Origin: an uncultured Gammaproteobacteria bacterium
GTDB lineage: Bacteria > Patescibacteriota > Patescibacteriia > Magasanikbacterales > GCA-002688135
Assembly (NCBI GenBank): GCA_964536205.1
Contig: CAZHVT010000007.1
Location: 1,054 to 44,012 of the forward strand
DNA: 42,959 bases
Reading direction: 5' to 3'
Under the pieces are notes generated by a model, which did no database searches, was not told the DNA's origin, and worked only from the letters and a program-made list of their open reading frames with translations. Positions 26,246 to 35,577 of the stretch are shown piece after piece (the first letter of the stretch is position 1; each line of letters opens with the position of its first letter). The position numbers were made by a program, and so were the translations under genes.

Positions 26246-28828
26246 TTAGGACTTAACAGCTTTTTTTCGTTTCTTTTTTACTTCAATGTCAGATCCTTTG
26301 AGTTTCATGGCGATTGCTGATCCGTGTTCTGGGTCTTCATCTACTAAGTAATTTGAGAGTGGATCCTCAATGAGTTCTGAAATGATTTTTCGAACCATGC
26401 GAGCGCCTTGATCCGGAACATGTGAATTTGAAAGCAATCGATCTTTGATTTTGTTTCCGATGGAAACTTCAAATCCCATTTTTTGAATTCGATTTTGAAC
26501 TTCTCCTAATTCTTTATTGATGATTAATTCGATGTGTTCTTTTGCTAGAGGGCGGAATACAGCGATTTTGTCGATACGATTTAAGAATTCGTCGCGGAAG
26601 CGTTCTTTTACGTTTTCTCGAACCGCAGCGGTTTGAATTAACATTTCATCTTCACCTTCGACATTATCAAATCCCATAACTCCTTCTCCGGAATATGAGC
26701 GAGGATCGGCCGCAGCTGTCATGACAATGATAGTGTTTTTGAAGTTGATTTGTTTTCCGCCAGCGTCTGTAACATGCCCATCTTCCAATAATTGTAATAA
26801 TAAGTTCAATACATCAGGATGTGCCTTGTCGATTTCATCAAATAATACTAATGAGTGTGGTCGGCGTTTTACTTGATCGGTGAGGCGATTTTCTTCTTTG
26901 TATCCGACATATCCTGCCGGCGCACCGATTAATTTTGACATGTTAAAGTTTTCGCGGAATTCTGACATGTCGACGCGGACGAATGATTGTTGTCCGCCGA
27001 ACACTGTGTCTGCGATTGATTTTGCTAATTCAGTTTTTCCAACTCCAGAAGGCCCGACAAATAAGAAGCTTGCCAGTGGGCGATTGGGGTGTACTAATCC
27101 GAGGCGAGCGCGGCGGATGCTTTGTGCAACTTGATCCACAACATGATCCTGTCCGATGACGCGCGATTTTAACATTGCATCCAGTTCTGCGAGTTTTTCA
27201 CGATCACTATCTTCGAGTGAATTTAATGGGACACCTGTCATTTGTGCGATAACTCGTTTGATATCCTTTGATGTCACCACGCCGTGTGATTGTTTTTCGC
27301 GTTTGTTCATGCGGCGACGTAGCGCATATTTTTTGTTTTTCAATTTCTTTTCTTGCTGTTTCAAGCCGAGTGCTTTTTTGAAATCACCTTTTTGTAATGC
27401 CTCTGATTTATTTTTTTCAATTCCATCGAGTGCTTCTTCTGTTTCCATGAACTGTCGTTTTTCTGCGGTTTTGCGTGTGTGCATGCCAACGATTGCTGCA
27501 GCTTCATCGAGCACATCGATAGCTTTGTCTGGAAAGAATCGTTCGGGGATATATCGTTTTGCTAATTCAACAGCCTCTGTGATCGCTTCTTCTTCAATAC
27601 TTACTTTGTGGAATTTTTCGTATTTGTCTTTGATTCCGGTGAGAATTGCAATGGTTGTTTCTTCGTCTGGTTCATATACATGAATTGGTTGCAATCGTCT
27701 TTCTAATGCTGAATCGGATTCGATATGTTTTTTGTATTCGTTTTCTGTGGTTGCTCCGATACATTTGAAAACTCCGCGGGCGAGTGCAGGTTTCAGCATG
27801 TTTGCTGCGTCCATTGATCCGTTTGATGACCCTGCGCCGATGATAGTGTGAATCTCATCGATAAATAAAATGACATCTTTGTTGTTCGAGATTTCATCGA
27901 CGATTTGTTTAACGCGCGCTTCAAATTCACCTCGATACATTGTTCCGGCGACAACTAATCCGAGATCGAGCGAAAGGATGCGTTTTCCTAATAATGCGTC
28001 TGGGACATTTTTTTCCACGACTCGTTTTGCTAATCCTTCTACGATTGCTGTTTTTCCGACACCAGGATCTCCCAAAAGTAGTGGATTGTTTTTTGATCGA
28101 CGTGAAAGAATTTGAATCATGCGCGCAACTTCTTTGTCGCGGCCGATCATTGGATCAATTTTTTTCTGTTCATCTATATGTGTGAGATCTGTGCAAAAGA
28201 AATCTAGTGCTGGCGTTTGGCTTTGGGGTTGTTGTTTTCCTGGTTCGAGCATCATGGGCTGTTGCTGTTGCTGCATGCCCATTCCTGGGGGTGCTGCATT
28301 CATGTCCTCAAAAGGGGATGGTTGATTTACAGCAGAGCCTTCGACGTAATCTACGGCGTCTGTCATGTCGGGGAATTTTGATGTGCTCATGAAGATTGCA
28401 TTCAAGAAATCTTCTAATTCTGCGGTGTTGAGTTTTGATTGCTCGAATAGTTTTTTGATCTCTGCATCTGAAACTTGAAGAATGCCGGCGAGAAGATGTT
28501 CTGTGCCAACATAGGTGTGTTCATGAATGGATGCAATCAACACAGATTTTTCGATGATTTTTTTTGTGTTGTTGTTCAGGCTTGGCATTGCGCCTTGTGA
28601 TGCTTTTTTCTTTGCTCTGTCTTTGGCGAGGATTGCTCGGATTCTTCCTGCATCGAAATGGATTTTTTGTAATAAGTCTGCGCCGATAGATCCTTTTTCT
28701 AGTGACAACGCTAAGAGTAAATGTATGGGGCGAATTTTGACGGCATGCGCCTCAACTGCCAACGCATATGATCGTGCGAGTACGTTTCGTAAATGCGTTG
28801 TGAATTTGTCGAGGATTTCGTTGTCCAT
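26246..28828 (-). CDS. clpC: ATP-dependent Clp protease ATP-binding subunit, ClpC-type
   Basis: Two Clp-N repeats, GDPGVGKT, DEIH, short UVR-like M domain, GPSGVGKT, LIGAPAGYVGY, MGF loop. Confidence 0.92.
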   Translation of the reverse strand: MDNEILDKFTTHLRNVLARSYALAVEAHAVKIRPIHLLLALSLEKGSIGADLLQKIHFDAGRIRAILAKDRAKKKASQGAMPSLNNNTKKIIEKSVLIASIHEHTYVGTEHLLAGILQVSDAEIKKLFEQSKLNTAELEDFLNAIFMSTSKFPDMTDAVDYVEGSAVNQPSPFEDMNAAPPGMGMQQQQQPMMLEPGKQQPQSQTPALDFFCTDLTHIDEQKKIDPMIGRDKEVARMIQILSRRSKNNPLLLGDPGVGKTAIVEGLAKRVVEKNVPDALLGKRILSLDLGLVVAGTMYRGEFEARVKQIVDEISNNKDVILFIDEIHTIIGAGSSNGSMDAANMLKPALARGVFKCIGATTENEYKKHIESDSALERRLQPIHVYEPDEETTIAILTGIKDKYEKFHKVSIEEEAITEAVELAKRYIPERFFPDKAIDVLDEAAAIVGMHTRKTAEKRQFMETEEALDGIEKNKSEALQKGDFKKALGLKQQEKKLKNKKYALRRRMNKREKQSHGVVTSKDIKRVIAQMTGVPLNSLEDSDREKLAELDAMLKSRVIGQDHVVDQVAQSIRRARLGLVHPNRPLASFLFVGPSGVGKTELAKSIADTVFGGQQSFVRVDMSEFRENFNMSKLIGAPAGYVGYKEENRLTDQVKRRPHSLVLFDEIDKAHPDVLNLLLQLLEDGHVTDAGGKQINFKNTIIVMTAAADPRSYSGEGVMGFDNVEGEDEMLIQTAAVRENVKERFRDEFLNRIDKIAVFRPLAKEHIELIINKELGEVQNRIQKMGFEVSIGNKIKDRLLSNSHVPDQGARMVRKIISELIEDPLSNYLVDEDPEHGSAIAMKLKGSDIEVKKKRKKAVKS

Positions 28829-28913
28829 AGAAAATAAAAAATAGGATATTAGTCCTATATTATAGCATATCTTTTATTGTCTGACCTGTGGAGTACCAAG
28901 ATGGCAGAAGAAC

Positions 28914-29052
28914 CAATGACCAAATATCAATTTACAAACAAATTCTAAATCTCAAATATCAAATTTCAGCACTTATGCTGGTAGCAGATTTTGAGTATTT
29001 GAATTTGAAGTTTGAATTTTGTTTGTAAATTGATATTTGGTACTTGGTCATT
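28914..29052. repeat. Palindromic AT-rich repeat element, copy 2
   Basis: ACCAAATATCAATTTACAAACAAA ... TTTGTTTGTAAATTGATATTTGGT perfect arms; homologous to 11301-11409. Confidence 0.85.
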
Positions 29053-29929
29053 ACATTCGTCTAAGGATCTTGATTCTATCTTCTATTGGAGGGTGAGTTG
29101 CAAATAGTTTTGCGAGACCTTTTCGAGCTGCGCCAAATGGAGATGAGAGAAATAAGTGTGCGGTCGCGTTGTTCGCACGTTGCATTGGTTTATTTTGTTT
29201 TGAGATTTTTTCAAGTGCGCCCGCAAGCCCTTCTGGATAACGTGTGAGTAATGATCCTGAAGCATCGGCTAAATATTCTCGTTTTCGTGAGATGGCGAGT
29301 TTGATGATGTTTGCAATGATGGGGGAGAGGATTGCTAATACAATTCCGACAATAATAAGCCATCCACCGCCACTATCTTTGCCACGGCGTCTTCCTCCAT
29401 ATAATTGCATGCGTAAGAGTAGGTCTGAAATGAGTGCGATTAATCCTACTAATACAATGACGACTGTCATGATGCGAATGTCGTAGTTTTTGATGTGAGA
29501 TAATTCATGAGCCAGTACGCCTTCGAGTTCTTCATTTTCCAGTGCATCAATTGCTCCTGTTGTGACTGCGACTGATGCATGTTTTGGATCTCGTCCCGTT
29601 GCAAATGCGTTTATTGCCGGATCTTGCATGACATACACTTTTGGCATGGGAAGTCCTGCGGTGATGGCGAGGTTTTCTACCATGTTATACACATATGCAT
29701 TGTCGCGTTTTGTGATTGGTTTTGCGCCAGCTGTAGCGAGTGCTACCTTGTCTCCTTTATAGAGCGAGATGAGTGTCATGATTAATCCGATAATTCCAGC
29801 CAGGATTAAACCGACAATTGGTTCGCCGATGTACACACCAAATGCATATCCAACTCCTGCAATAAAAAGAAGGAATATGAAAATTAGTATCCATGTTTTT
29901 CTTTTGTTGGAGTCGATTTGGCTGTACAT
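29051..29929 (-). CDS. htpX: Zinc metalloprotease HtpX (M48)
   Basis: NAFATG, HELSH, SRKREYLAD, FATHPP. Confidence 0.95.
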   Translation of the reverse strand: MYSQIDSNKRKTWILIFIFLLFIAGVGYAFGVYIGEPIVGLILAGIIGLIMTLISLYKGDKVALATAGAKPITKRDNAYVYNMVENLAITAGLPMPKVYVMQDPAINAFATGRDPKHASVAVTTGAIDALENEELEGVLAHELSHIKNYDIRIMTVVIVLVGLIALISDLLLRMQLYGGRRRGKDSGGGWLIIVGIVLAILSPIIANIIKLAISRKREYLADASGSLLTRYPEGLAGALEKISKQNKPMQRANNATAHLFLSSPFGAARKGLAKLFATHPPIEDRIKILRRM

Positions 29930-29930
29930 G

Positions 29931-30203
29931 TTATGTGAGTCCAATGAGTAGTTTACAATCTAAGGCGTTTGCAACTTTTTTAAGGAATGATAGTGAGGGG
30001 TTGTAGCTTCCGGATTCTAATCGAGCGACTGCTGACTGTTTTGTTCCTATTTTTTTTGCGAGTGCTGCTTGGGTTAGGCCTTTTTGAAGCCTCTTTTCTA
30101 TTAAGGTTTCGATCAACGCAAATTCTGGTTCGAGTTTTTTGTATTCAGCTCGAACTTTTTTGTTTTGAAGTAATTTTTTTTTGGTTGATGCGTATGATTT
30201 CAT
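29931..30203 (-). CDS. higA: XRE-family HTH antitoxin (HigA-like)
   Basis: GLTQAALAKKIGTKQSAVARLESGSYNPSL; downstream of a RelE-like toxin. Confidence 0.85.
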   Translation of the reverse strand: MKSYASTKKKLLQNKKVRAEYKKLEPEFALIETLIEKRLQKGLTQAALAKKIGTKQSAVARLESGSYNPSLSFLKKVANALDCKLLIGLT

Positions 30204-30209
30204 ATGATT

Positions 30210-30238
30210 AACATAACGTATATGTTATGTGTTGTCAA
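30210..30238 (-). promoter_or_regulatory. Internal antitoxin promoter with a palindromic operator
   Basis: TTGACA-17 bp-TATGTT, 6 nt before the ATG; palindrome ACATAAC-N6-GTTATGT at 30211-30230. Confidence 0.7.
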
Positions 30239-30539
30239 GGAGTCTTAGCCTTGCTTTTGCTGTTTTGATCTCCCTCTTTGGGATTTTTTGAGATTTTTTT
30301 ATAAACGCATGAAGAAGGTATGCTTTCTTGTTTTTGTATGTATAGATGATTCTTACTTCTGATTTACCTCGAATGCGTAACTCAAACATTTTATTCGATA
30401 TTTTTTTGCTATGCGGCATAGCAAGTTGATTACCGAATTTTTCCAGTAGATCTATCGTTCGTAAAATTTTTGCTTGTGTTGATTCTTGCGAATTCAGAAA
30501 AAATAATTCTATGGATTCGTCCCATAGAATTATTTCCAT
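30225..30539 (-). CDS. higB: RelE/ParE-family toxin (HigB/Gp49-like)
   Basis: MPHSKKI..FELR..RIIY..LLHAFIKKSQKIP.REI. Confidence 0.85.
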   Translation of the reverse strand: MEIILWDESIELFFLNSQESTQAKILRTIDLLEKFGNQLAMPHSKKISNKMFELRIRGKSEVRIIYTYKNKKAYLLHAFIKKSQKIPKREIKTAKARLRLLDNT

Positions 30540-30548
30540 ATACGGTTA

Positions 30549-31118
30549 TTAGAATTCAACTTTCACGTTCTCTCGCTCCTTTACATCACCAACTTCGAAG
30601 AATTCAAATGCTTTGAAATTGAATGCGCCTGCGATAGTGTTTGTTGGGAATGATTTGATTGCAATGTTGAAATCGCGGACGTTTCCGTTGTAGAAGCGTC
30701 GTGCGGCTTGGATTTTGTTTTCTGTGTCTGCAATTTCATCTTGCAGTTGTAAGAAATTTTGTGATGCTTTCAAATCTGGGTAGCTTTCTGACAATGCAAA
30801 CAGATTTTTTAATGCTCCTGCCAATGCAGATTCAGCGACTGCCATGTCAGCGAGTGCTGCACCGGATTTGTCATGGATTTGCACTGCTTGTTGACGTGCT
30901 TTTACCACAGCCTCCAATGTTTCTTTTTCGTGTTTCATGTAACCTTTGACCGCTTCCATCAAATTTGGAATCAGGTCGTATCGGCGCTTTAGTTGTACGT
31001 CGATGTCTGACCATGCTTCGTCTGATCGTGTTTTGAGTTGTACGAGTCTGTTGTATGTGAACATGAGCCACAACAAGAGTACTACGACAACCCCTATTAC
31101 TATGTATAAAACAGGCAT
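30549..31118 (-). CDS. lemA: LemA family protein
   Basis: YNRLV, AWSDIDVQLKRRYDLIPNL, ESYPDLKAS, ARRFYN. Confidence 0.96.
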   Translation of the reverse strand: MPVLYIVIGVVVVLLLWLMFTYNRLVQLKTRSDEAWSDIDVQLKRRYDLIPNLMEAVKGYMKHEKETLEAVVKARQQAVQIHDKSGAALADMAVAESALAGALKNLFALSESYPDLKASQNFLQLQDEIADTENKIQAARRFYNGNVRDFNIAIKSFPTNTIAGAFNFKAFEFFEVGDVKERENVKVEF

Positions 31119-31283
31119 ATATATTAAAATCGTTCGTACGATTTATTATGAATTATTGTTTGTAGTATAACAGAATCGGTGAAAATAGCAAGGATTGACA
31201 GATTTAATTTGTTTTGCTTTTTTATGTTTTTTTCTAACCAGACAGATGGTGAGGGTTACATGTTTATTTGGGTGTGTCAATAT

Positions 31284-31318
31284 AAAAAATCACCTTCTTT
31301 CAAGGTGATTGTTTTTTT
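31284..31318. terminator. Hairpin/terminator overlapping the stop of the Zn-finger ORF
   Basis: AATCACCTT-CTTTC-AAGGTGATT flanked by A- and T-tracts. Confidence 0.6.
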
Positions 31319-31707
31319 GATTTTCTGTCTCGTTGATAACATGTGTGGCAGATTGGTCCGGCATCTGTGCGTTTTGCTATACTTTTTTCCTTTCCGCATT
31401 CTACGCAGATTTTTTTTGGTCTGTGATTGCGGGCATAGCATGTGTTGCAAATTGGTCCGGCATGTGTGCGTTTTGCTATACTTTTTTTCTTTCCGCATTC
31501 CACACAGACTTCTTTAGGTCTGTGATTGAGGATGTAGTATGTGTTGCAGACTGGGCCTGTATCTGTGTATTTTGCTACACTTTTTTTCTTTCGGCATTCT
31601 ACGCAGTTTTTTTTCGTATCTCTGCATGATTTACAGATTCTATCATTTCGATCTTTGTATTTTCTGACGGCTGTCTCTGTTTTGCATTCGGCGCAGATGC
31701 CGATCAT
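31300..31707 (-). CDS. Basic protein with tandem 33-aa CxxC..CxxC zinc-finger-like repeats
   Basis: Three 99-bp repeats (CVECGKxKSIAKRTxAGPICxTCY) plus one diverged unit; the start could be further upstream at 31773. Confidence 0.75.
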   Translation of the reverse strand: MIGICAECKTETAVRKYKDRNDRICKSCRDTKKNCVECRKKKSVAKYTDTGPVCNTYYILNHRPKEVCVECGKKKSIAKRTHAGPICNTCYARNHRPKKICVECGKEKSIAKRTDAGPICHTCYQRDRKSKKQSP

Positions 31708-31833
31708 GATCACACCTTCGCTTTTTGTGAATGAACATGCTTCTTGTCTATCGTATTTGCTTGTGTGTGTCAATAAAAAAATTACCCTGATGAGTGATGT
31801 TATGTTTGCTTGATTGCATTGATTTTACTACAC

Positions 31834-31897
31834 TACGAATGATGTTGATGAACAACATCGATACCTGTCATTCGTCATTAGTTATTCGTCATTCGTA
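31834..31897. repeat. Heptamer tandem repeat with an inverted arm
   Basis: GTCATTC GTCATTA GTTATTC GTCATTC; TACGAATGA..TCATTCGTA. Confidence 0.6.
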
Positions 31898-31902
31898 AAT
31901 TT

Positions 31903-33237
31903 ATGTCTATTTTTCATGCATATGATGTTCGCGGGCTGTATCCGCACGAAGTTACGCCAGATATTGTGATGAAAATTGGTAAGGCGTTTGTGGAATACAC
32001 TGGTGCGAAAACGGTTGCAGTGGGGCGTGATATGCGACCTTCTGGTGAGATTTTGTTTCCGATGTTGTGTGTGGGGATTATGTCAGCGGGGGCGAAAGTT
32101 GTTGATGTGGGGTTGGTTTCAACTCCGCTTTTTTATTTTTCTGTGATTAATTATGATGAGCATGATGCGGGAATTATGGTTACAGCTTCACACAATCCTG
32201 CGGAATATAATGGGCTTAAATTTTTACATGGAGATGGTTCGCCGATTGGAGGGGATTCGGGATTGCCGGAAATTGAGAAAATGGTGAATGAGATGAGGCC
32301 TATAACTTCTACCATAAGTGAAACAACGAAGAAGGATGTTATGGATGATTATATTTCGAAATTGTATTCGTTTGTTTTGCCTTCTGATGTTTCGCCGATG
32401 CGTGTGGTGGTTGATGCAGGGAATGGAATGGCTGGCCATGTTGCGCCGGAGGTTTTTAGGAGATTGCGTGTGGCGATGACGCCGATGTATTTTGATTTGG
32501 ATGGGACGTTTCCGAATCATGAGGCAAATCCGATTAAGCCGGAGAATATGAAGGATTTGCAACGTGAGGTTTTGGAGCAGCAAGCGGATGTGGGGATTGC
32601 GTATGATGGAGATGGGGATCGAGTGGGGTTTGTTGATGAGAAAGGTGGTTTAATTTCTGGTGATATTACAACTGCATTGTTGGCTCGTGAATTATTAAAG
32701 GATAAGCCTGGCGCTCGGATTTTGTATGATTTGCGAAGTTCGAAATCTGTTGGTGAAGTTGTGAATGAGTATGGTGGGACGTCTGCGGTTACTCGTGTTG
32801 GTCATGCATTTATCAAGCAGCAAATGAGAAAGGAAAGTGCGTTGTTTGCGGGCGAGGTTTCCGGGCATTATTATTTTCAGGATTTTAAGTATTTAGATAT
32901 TTCAGATTACGCGATGTTGTTGATGTTACGGATGATCTCGCGAGATGGTCGGCCTTTGTCTGAAATTGTTAAGGATGTACTTCGTTATGCACATTCGGGT
33001 GAGATTAATTTTGATGTGGATGATAAGCAGGCGGTGATTGATCGTTTGATATCTACCTATAAAGATACAGCAAAAAAGTTTTCAGATATGGATGGGGTGC
33101 TGTTTGATTTTGGTGATTGGTGGTTTAATGTGCGACCTTCAAATACCGAGCCGAAGTTGCGTTTGAATTTGGAGGCGAAGGATGAGGCGATGATGGAGGA
33201 AAAAAAGAAGGAGGTTGTAGCAATTATAAAACAATAA
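31903..33237 (+). CDS. manB: Phosphomannomutase/phosphoglucomutase
   Basis: AYDVRG, TASHNP, DGDGDR, GEVSGH, RPSNTEP. Confidence 0.93.
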   Translation: MSIFHAYDVRGLYPHEVTPDIVMKIGKAFVEYTGAKTVAVGRDMRPSGEILFPMLCVGIMSAGAKVVDVGLVSTPLFYFSVINYDEHDAGIMVTASHNPAEYNGLKFLHGDGSPIGGDSGLPEIEKMVNEMRPITSTISETTKKDVMDDYISKLYSFVLPSDVSPMRVVVDAGNGMAGHVAPEVFRRLRVAMTPMYFDLDGTFPNHEANPIKPENMKDLQREVLEQQADVGIAYDGDGDRVGFVDEKGGLISGDITTALLARELLKDKPGARILYDLRSSKSVGEVVNEYGGTSAVTRVGHAFIKQQMRKESALFAGEVSGHYYFQDFKYLDISDYAMLLMLRMISRDGRPLSEIVKDVLRYAHSGEINFDVDDKQAVIDRLISTYKDTAKKFSDMDGVLFDFGDWWFNVRPSNTEPKLRLNLEAKDEAMMEEKKKEVVAIIKQ

Positions 33238-33314
33238 TTTCTTTTGAGAGGTTTTTAAATTTGTGTTATACTATAGTTAATTCACACTACACGGTAATAA
33301 CGATTAAATTGTAT

Positions 33315-34382
33315 ATGTCACAAAGGTTTTTTGTGTTTGTATTTGCATGTGTGGTGTTTTTTGGTTCAGCATCTTCTGTTGTTGCAGCAGAAGATATTTT
33401 TATTGGTCCGGAATTTTATACACGGACTGATGCGTATGCGATTTTGGATTCAGATGATGGAAGTGTGTTGTTGGGGAAAAATGCGTATGAGGCTCGTCCG
33501 ATTGCATCGCTTACGAAATTGATGACAGCGATGGTAGCGATTGATCATGGTTTTGATTTTTCAGATTCTGTTACATACAATTCGAGAAAGCATTATGCGT
33601 ATCGGAACTATATGAATTTGCGTAATGGTGATGTTGTTGCGAATCGAGATTTGTGGGCTGCGATGTTGGTTGGGTCGATGAATGTTCCGGCGCGCATGAT
33701 TGCAGATTCATTACCGATGAGTGAGGCGGAATTTATTGGTGCGATGAATGATAAGGTTGTTGAGTTGGGATTGCATGATATGCACTTTGTGGATGTGTCT
33801 GGTTTGGATGACAAGAATGTTGGTAGTGCAGTTTCAGTGGGTAAGATGATGCGCGCTGCAATGGAATATCCAAAAATTTATCAAACGCTTTCTTTAAAAA
33901 ATTATGAGTTTAATGAGGTGGTGAGTGCGGATCGTCGATATCATCATCAATTTCGGCATACGAATCGATTGCATCGTAAAAAGTTGTATATTCCGGTTGG
34001 TGCGAGTAAGACGGGGTATTTGTGGGAGGCGGGGAATTGTTTGGCGTTTGAGACAGTTTTGAGTAGGAAGAATCGAATTGTGGTGACGTTGGGTGAGGAT
34101 TCATGGAATCGTCGGCATGAAGATGGGAATCGGTTGGCGGTGTGGTGGGATAATTTGTCGCTTTCGCAGAAATCTCGTAGTGATGCATTTTTAATAAAAT
34201 ATCCAAATGATCCGCGTGTGTTTGAGGTGGTGAATGGAAAAAAGGCGTGGATTCCAGATGCGAAAACGTTTTTGAAAAAAGGGTATCGGTGGAATCAAAT
34301 CATGACGGTTTCGCCGGATGATAGAATAAAACTTGGCGTGCGGACGGTATTGCAGGTTGCTTCGAGTAAAGGAATTAGATAA
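33315..34382 (+). CDS. D-alanyl-D-alanine carboxy/endopeptidase (peptidase S11) with a small C-terminal domain
   Basis: Signal peptide; SLTK, SMN, KTG catalytic motifs. Confidence 0.9.
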   Translation: MSQRFFVFVFACVVFFGSASSVVAAEDIFIGPEFYTRTDAYAILDSDDGSVLLGKNAYEARPIASLTKLMTAMVAIDHGFDFSDSVTYNSRKHYAYRNYMNLRNGDVVANRDLWAAMLVGSMNVPARMIADSLPMSEAEFIGAMNDKVVELGLHDMHFVDVSGLDDKNVGSAVSVGKMMRAAMEYPKIYQTLSLKNYEFNEVVSADRRYHHQFRHTNRLHRKKLYIPVGASKTGYLWEAGNCLAFETVLSRKNRIVVTLGEDSWNRRHEDGNRLAVWWDNLSLSQKSRSDAFLIKYPNDPRVFEVVNGKKAWIPDAKTFLKKGYRWNQIMTVSPDDRIKLGVRTVLQVASSKGIR

Positions 34383-34394
34383 ACTGTCACTTCT

Positions 34395-35477
34395 ATGCTA
34401 GAAGCAGTTGTGATATTTATTTTAGTGTTGGCCGTTCTTGTGTTGGTTCACGAGTGGGGTCATTTTTTCGTTGCGCGTAAGGCGGGGATAAAAGTTGAGG
34501 AGTTTGGGTTTGGGTTTCCGCCGCGGATTTGTGCGTGGAAAACGAAGGTTACGACATTTACGTTGAATTGGTTGCCTTTGGGAGGGTTTGTGAAATTGAA
34601 GGGAGAGGATGGATCTTCTGCCAATGAGTCTGATAGTTATTCAAGCAAAGGGCCGTGGACGCGTGCTGCTGTTGTTGTTGCGGGGGTGGTGATGAATTTT
34701 TTGTTGGCAGCGGTTTTGTTTAGTGTTGGATTTATGATTGGTGCTCCGACAATTGTCCATGATGATTTGCCAGAGAGTGCTGTTGTTTCTGATGTGCATA
34801 CAGATGTTGTAACAGTGGTGGAGGGAACTACTGCAGCGTCGGCTGGTTTGCAAGTTGGTGATAGAATAGTTTCAATTGCTGGTGGAGATGGCACTGCGGA
34901 ATATTTGATGGAAGTTTCGGATTTTCGATATGAACATAATACATCTTTTGATATTTTGATTGATCGTGGTGGTGAGGAATTAACGTTTGAAGTTACGCCG
35001 GAAATTTTAGAACAAACAAGTAAGCCGGGGATTGGAGTTGGATTGATTGAGACTGGAACCGTTTCGTATCCTGTTGGTTCGGCGATAGTGCAAGGTGTGG
35101 TGAAGACAGGGACATTTACAAAAAGTGTGGTTGTTGGTTTGTATACATTGTTGCGTGATTTGGTTTTTGGAAAAGGAGTTTCGGGTGATGTTGCGGGGCC
35201 GGTGGGGATTGCAGTGATCACAAAAGATGTGGCTGCATTAGGATGGAATCATATGATTCAGTTTATTGCGATTTTGTCCGTGAATTTGGGTGTGTTGAAT
35301 TTAATTCCATTTCCGGCGCTTGATGGTGGCCGATTATTGTTTATTGGTATAGAATTAGTGAGAGGGAAACCGGTTAATCAGAAATCTGAACAATTGGCGC
35401 ATATTATTGGTTTTGCGTTGTTGATGTTGTTGATTATTGTGGTGACGGTGAAGGATGTTTCAAGATTTGGTTTCTAA
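34395..35477 (+). CDS. rseP: Site-2 intramembrane metalloprotease RseP
   Basis: HEWGH, one PDZ domain, NLIPFPALDGG. Confidence 0.95.
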   Translation: MLEAVVIFILVLAVLVLVHEWGHFFVARKAGIKVEEFGFGFPPRICAWKTKVTTFTLNWLPLGGFVKLKGEDGSSANESDSYSSKGPWTRAAVVVAGVVMNFLLAAVLFSVGFMIGAPTIVHDDLPESAVVSDVHTDVVTVVEGTTAASAGLQVGDRIVSIAGGDGTAEYLMEVSDFRYEHNTSFDILIDRGGEELTFEVTPEILEQTSKPGIGVGLIETGTVSYPVGSAIVQGVVKTGTFTKSVVVGLYTLLRDLVFGKGVSGDVAGPVGIAVITKDVAALGWNHMIQFIAILSVNLGVLNLIPFPALDGGRLLFIGIELVRGKPVNQKSEQLAHIIGFALLMLLIIVVTVKDVSRFGF

Positions 35478-35496
35478 TTTAGAGTGACATCAACGT

Positions 35497-35574
35497 GTCA
35501 TTCCGGCCCAGCATAAACTCCGGCCGGAATCCATGTTGATAATAATGATGGATCCTGTACGACTACGGGATGAC
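35497..35574. repeat. REP-like paired palindrome (GTCATTCC...GGATGAC type)
   Basis: GTCATTCCGGC..GCCGGAATCCAT ... ATGGATCC..CGGGATGAC. Confidence 0.7.
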
Positions 35575-35577
35575 GAT

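Noticed and set aside
28225-28300. Poly-Gln stretch in ClpC as a special element
   Set aside because: It lies in the normally variable linker between the N-domain and the first AAA+ module; mixed CAA/CAG codons give no sign of a contingency repeat.
31330-31610. 99-bp tandem repeats as a CRISPR array
   Set aside because: The units are contiguous and in frame, encode zinc-finger-like motifs, and have no unique spacers or cas genes.
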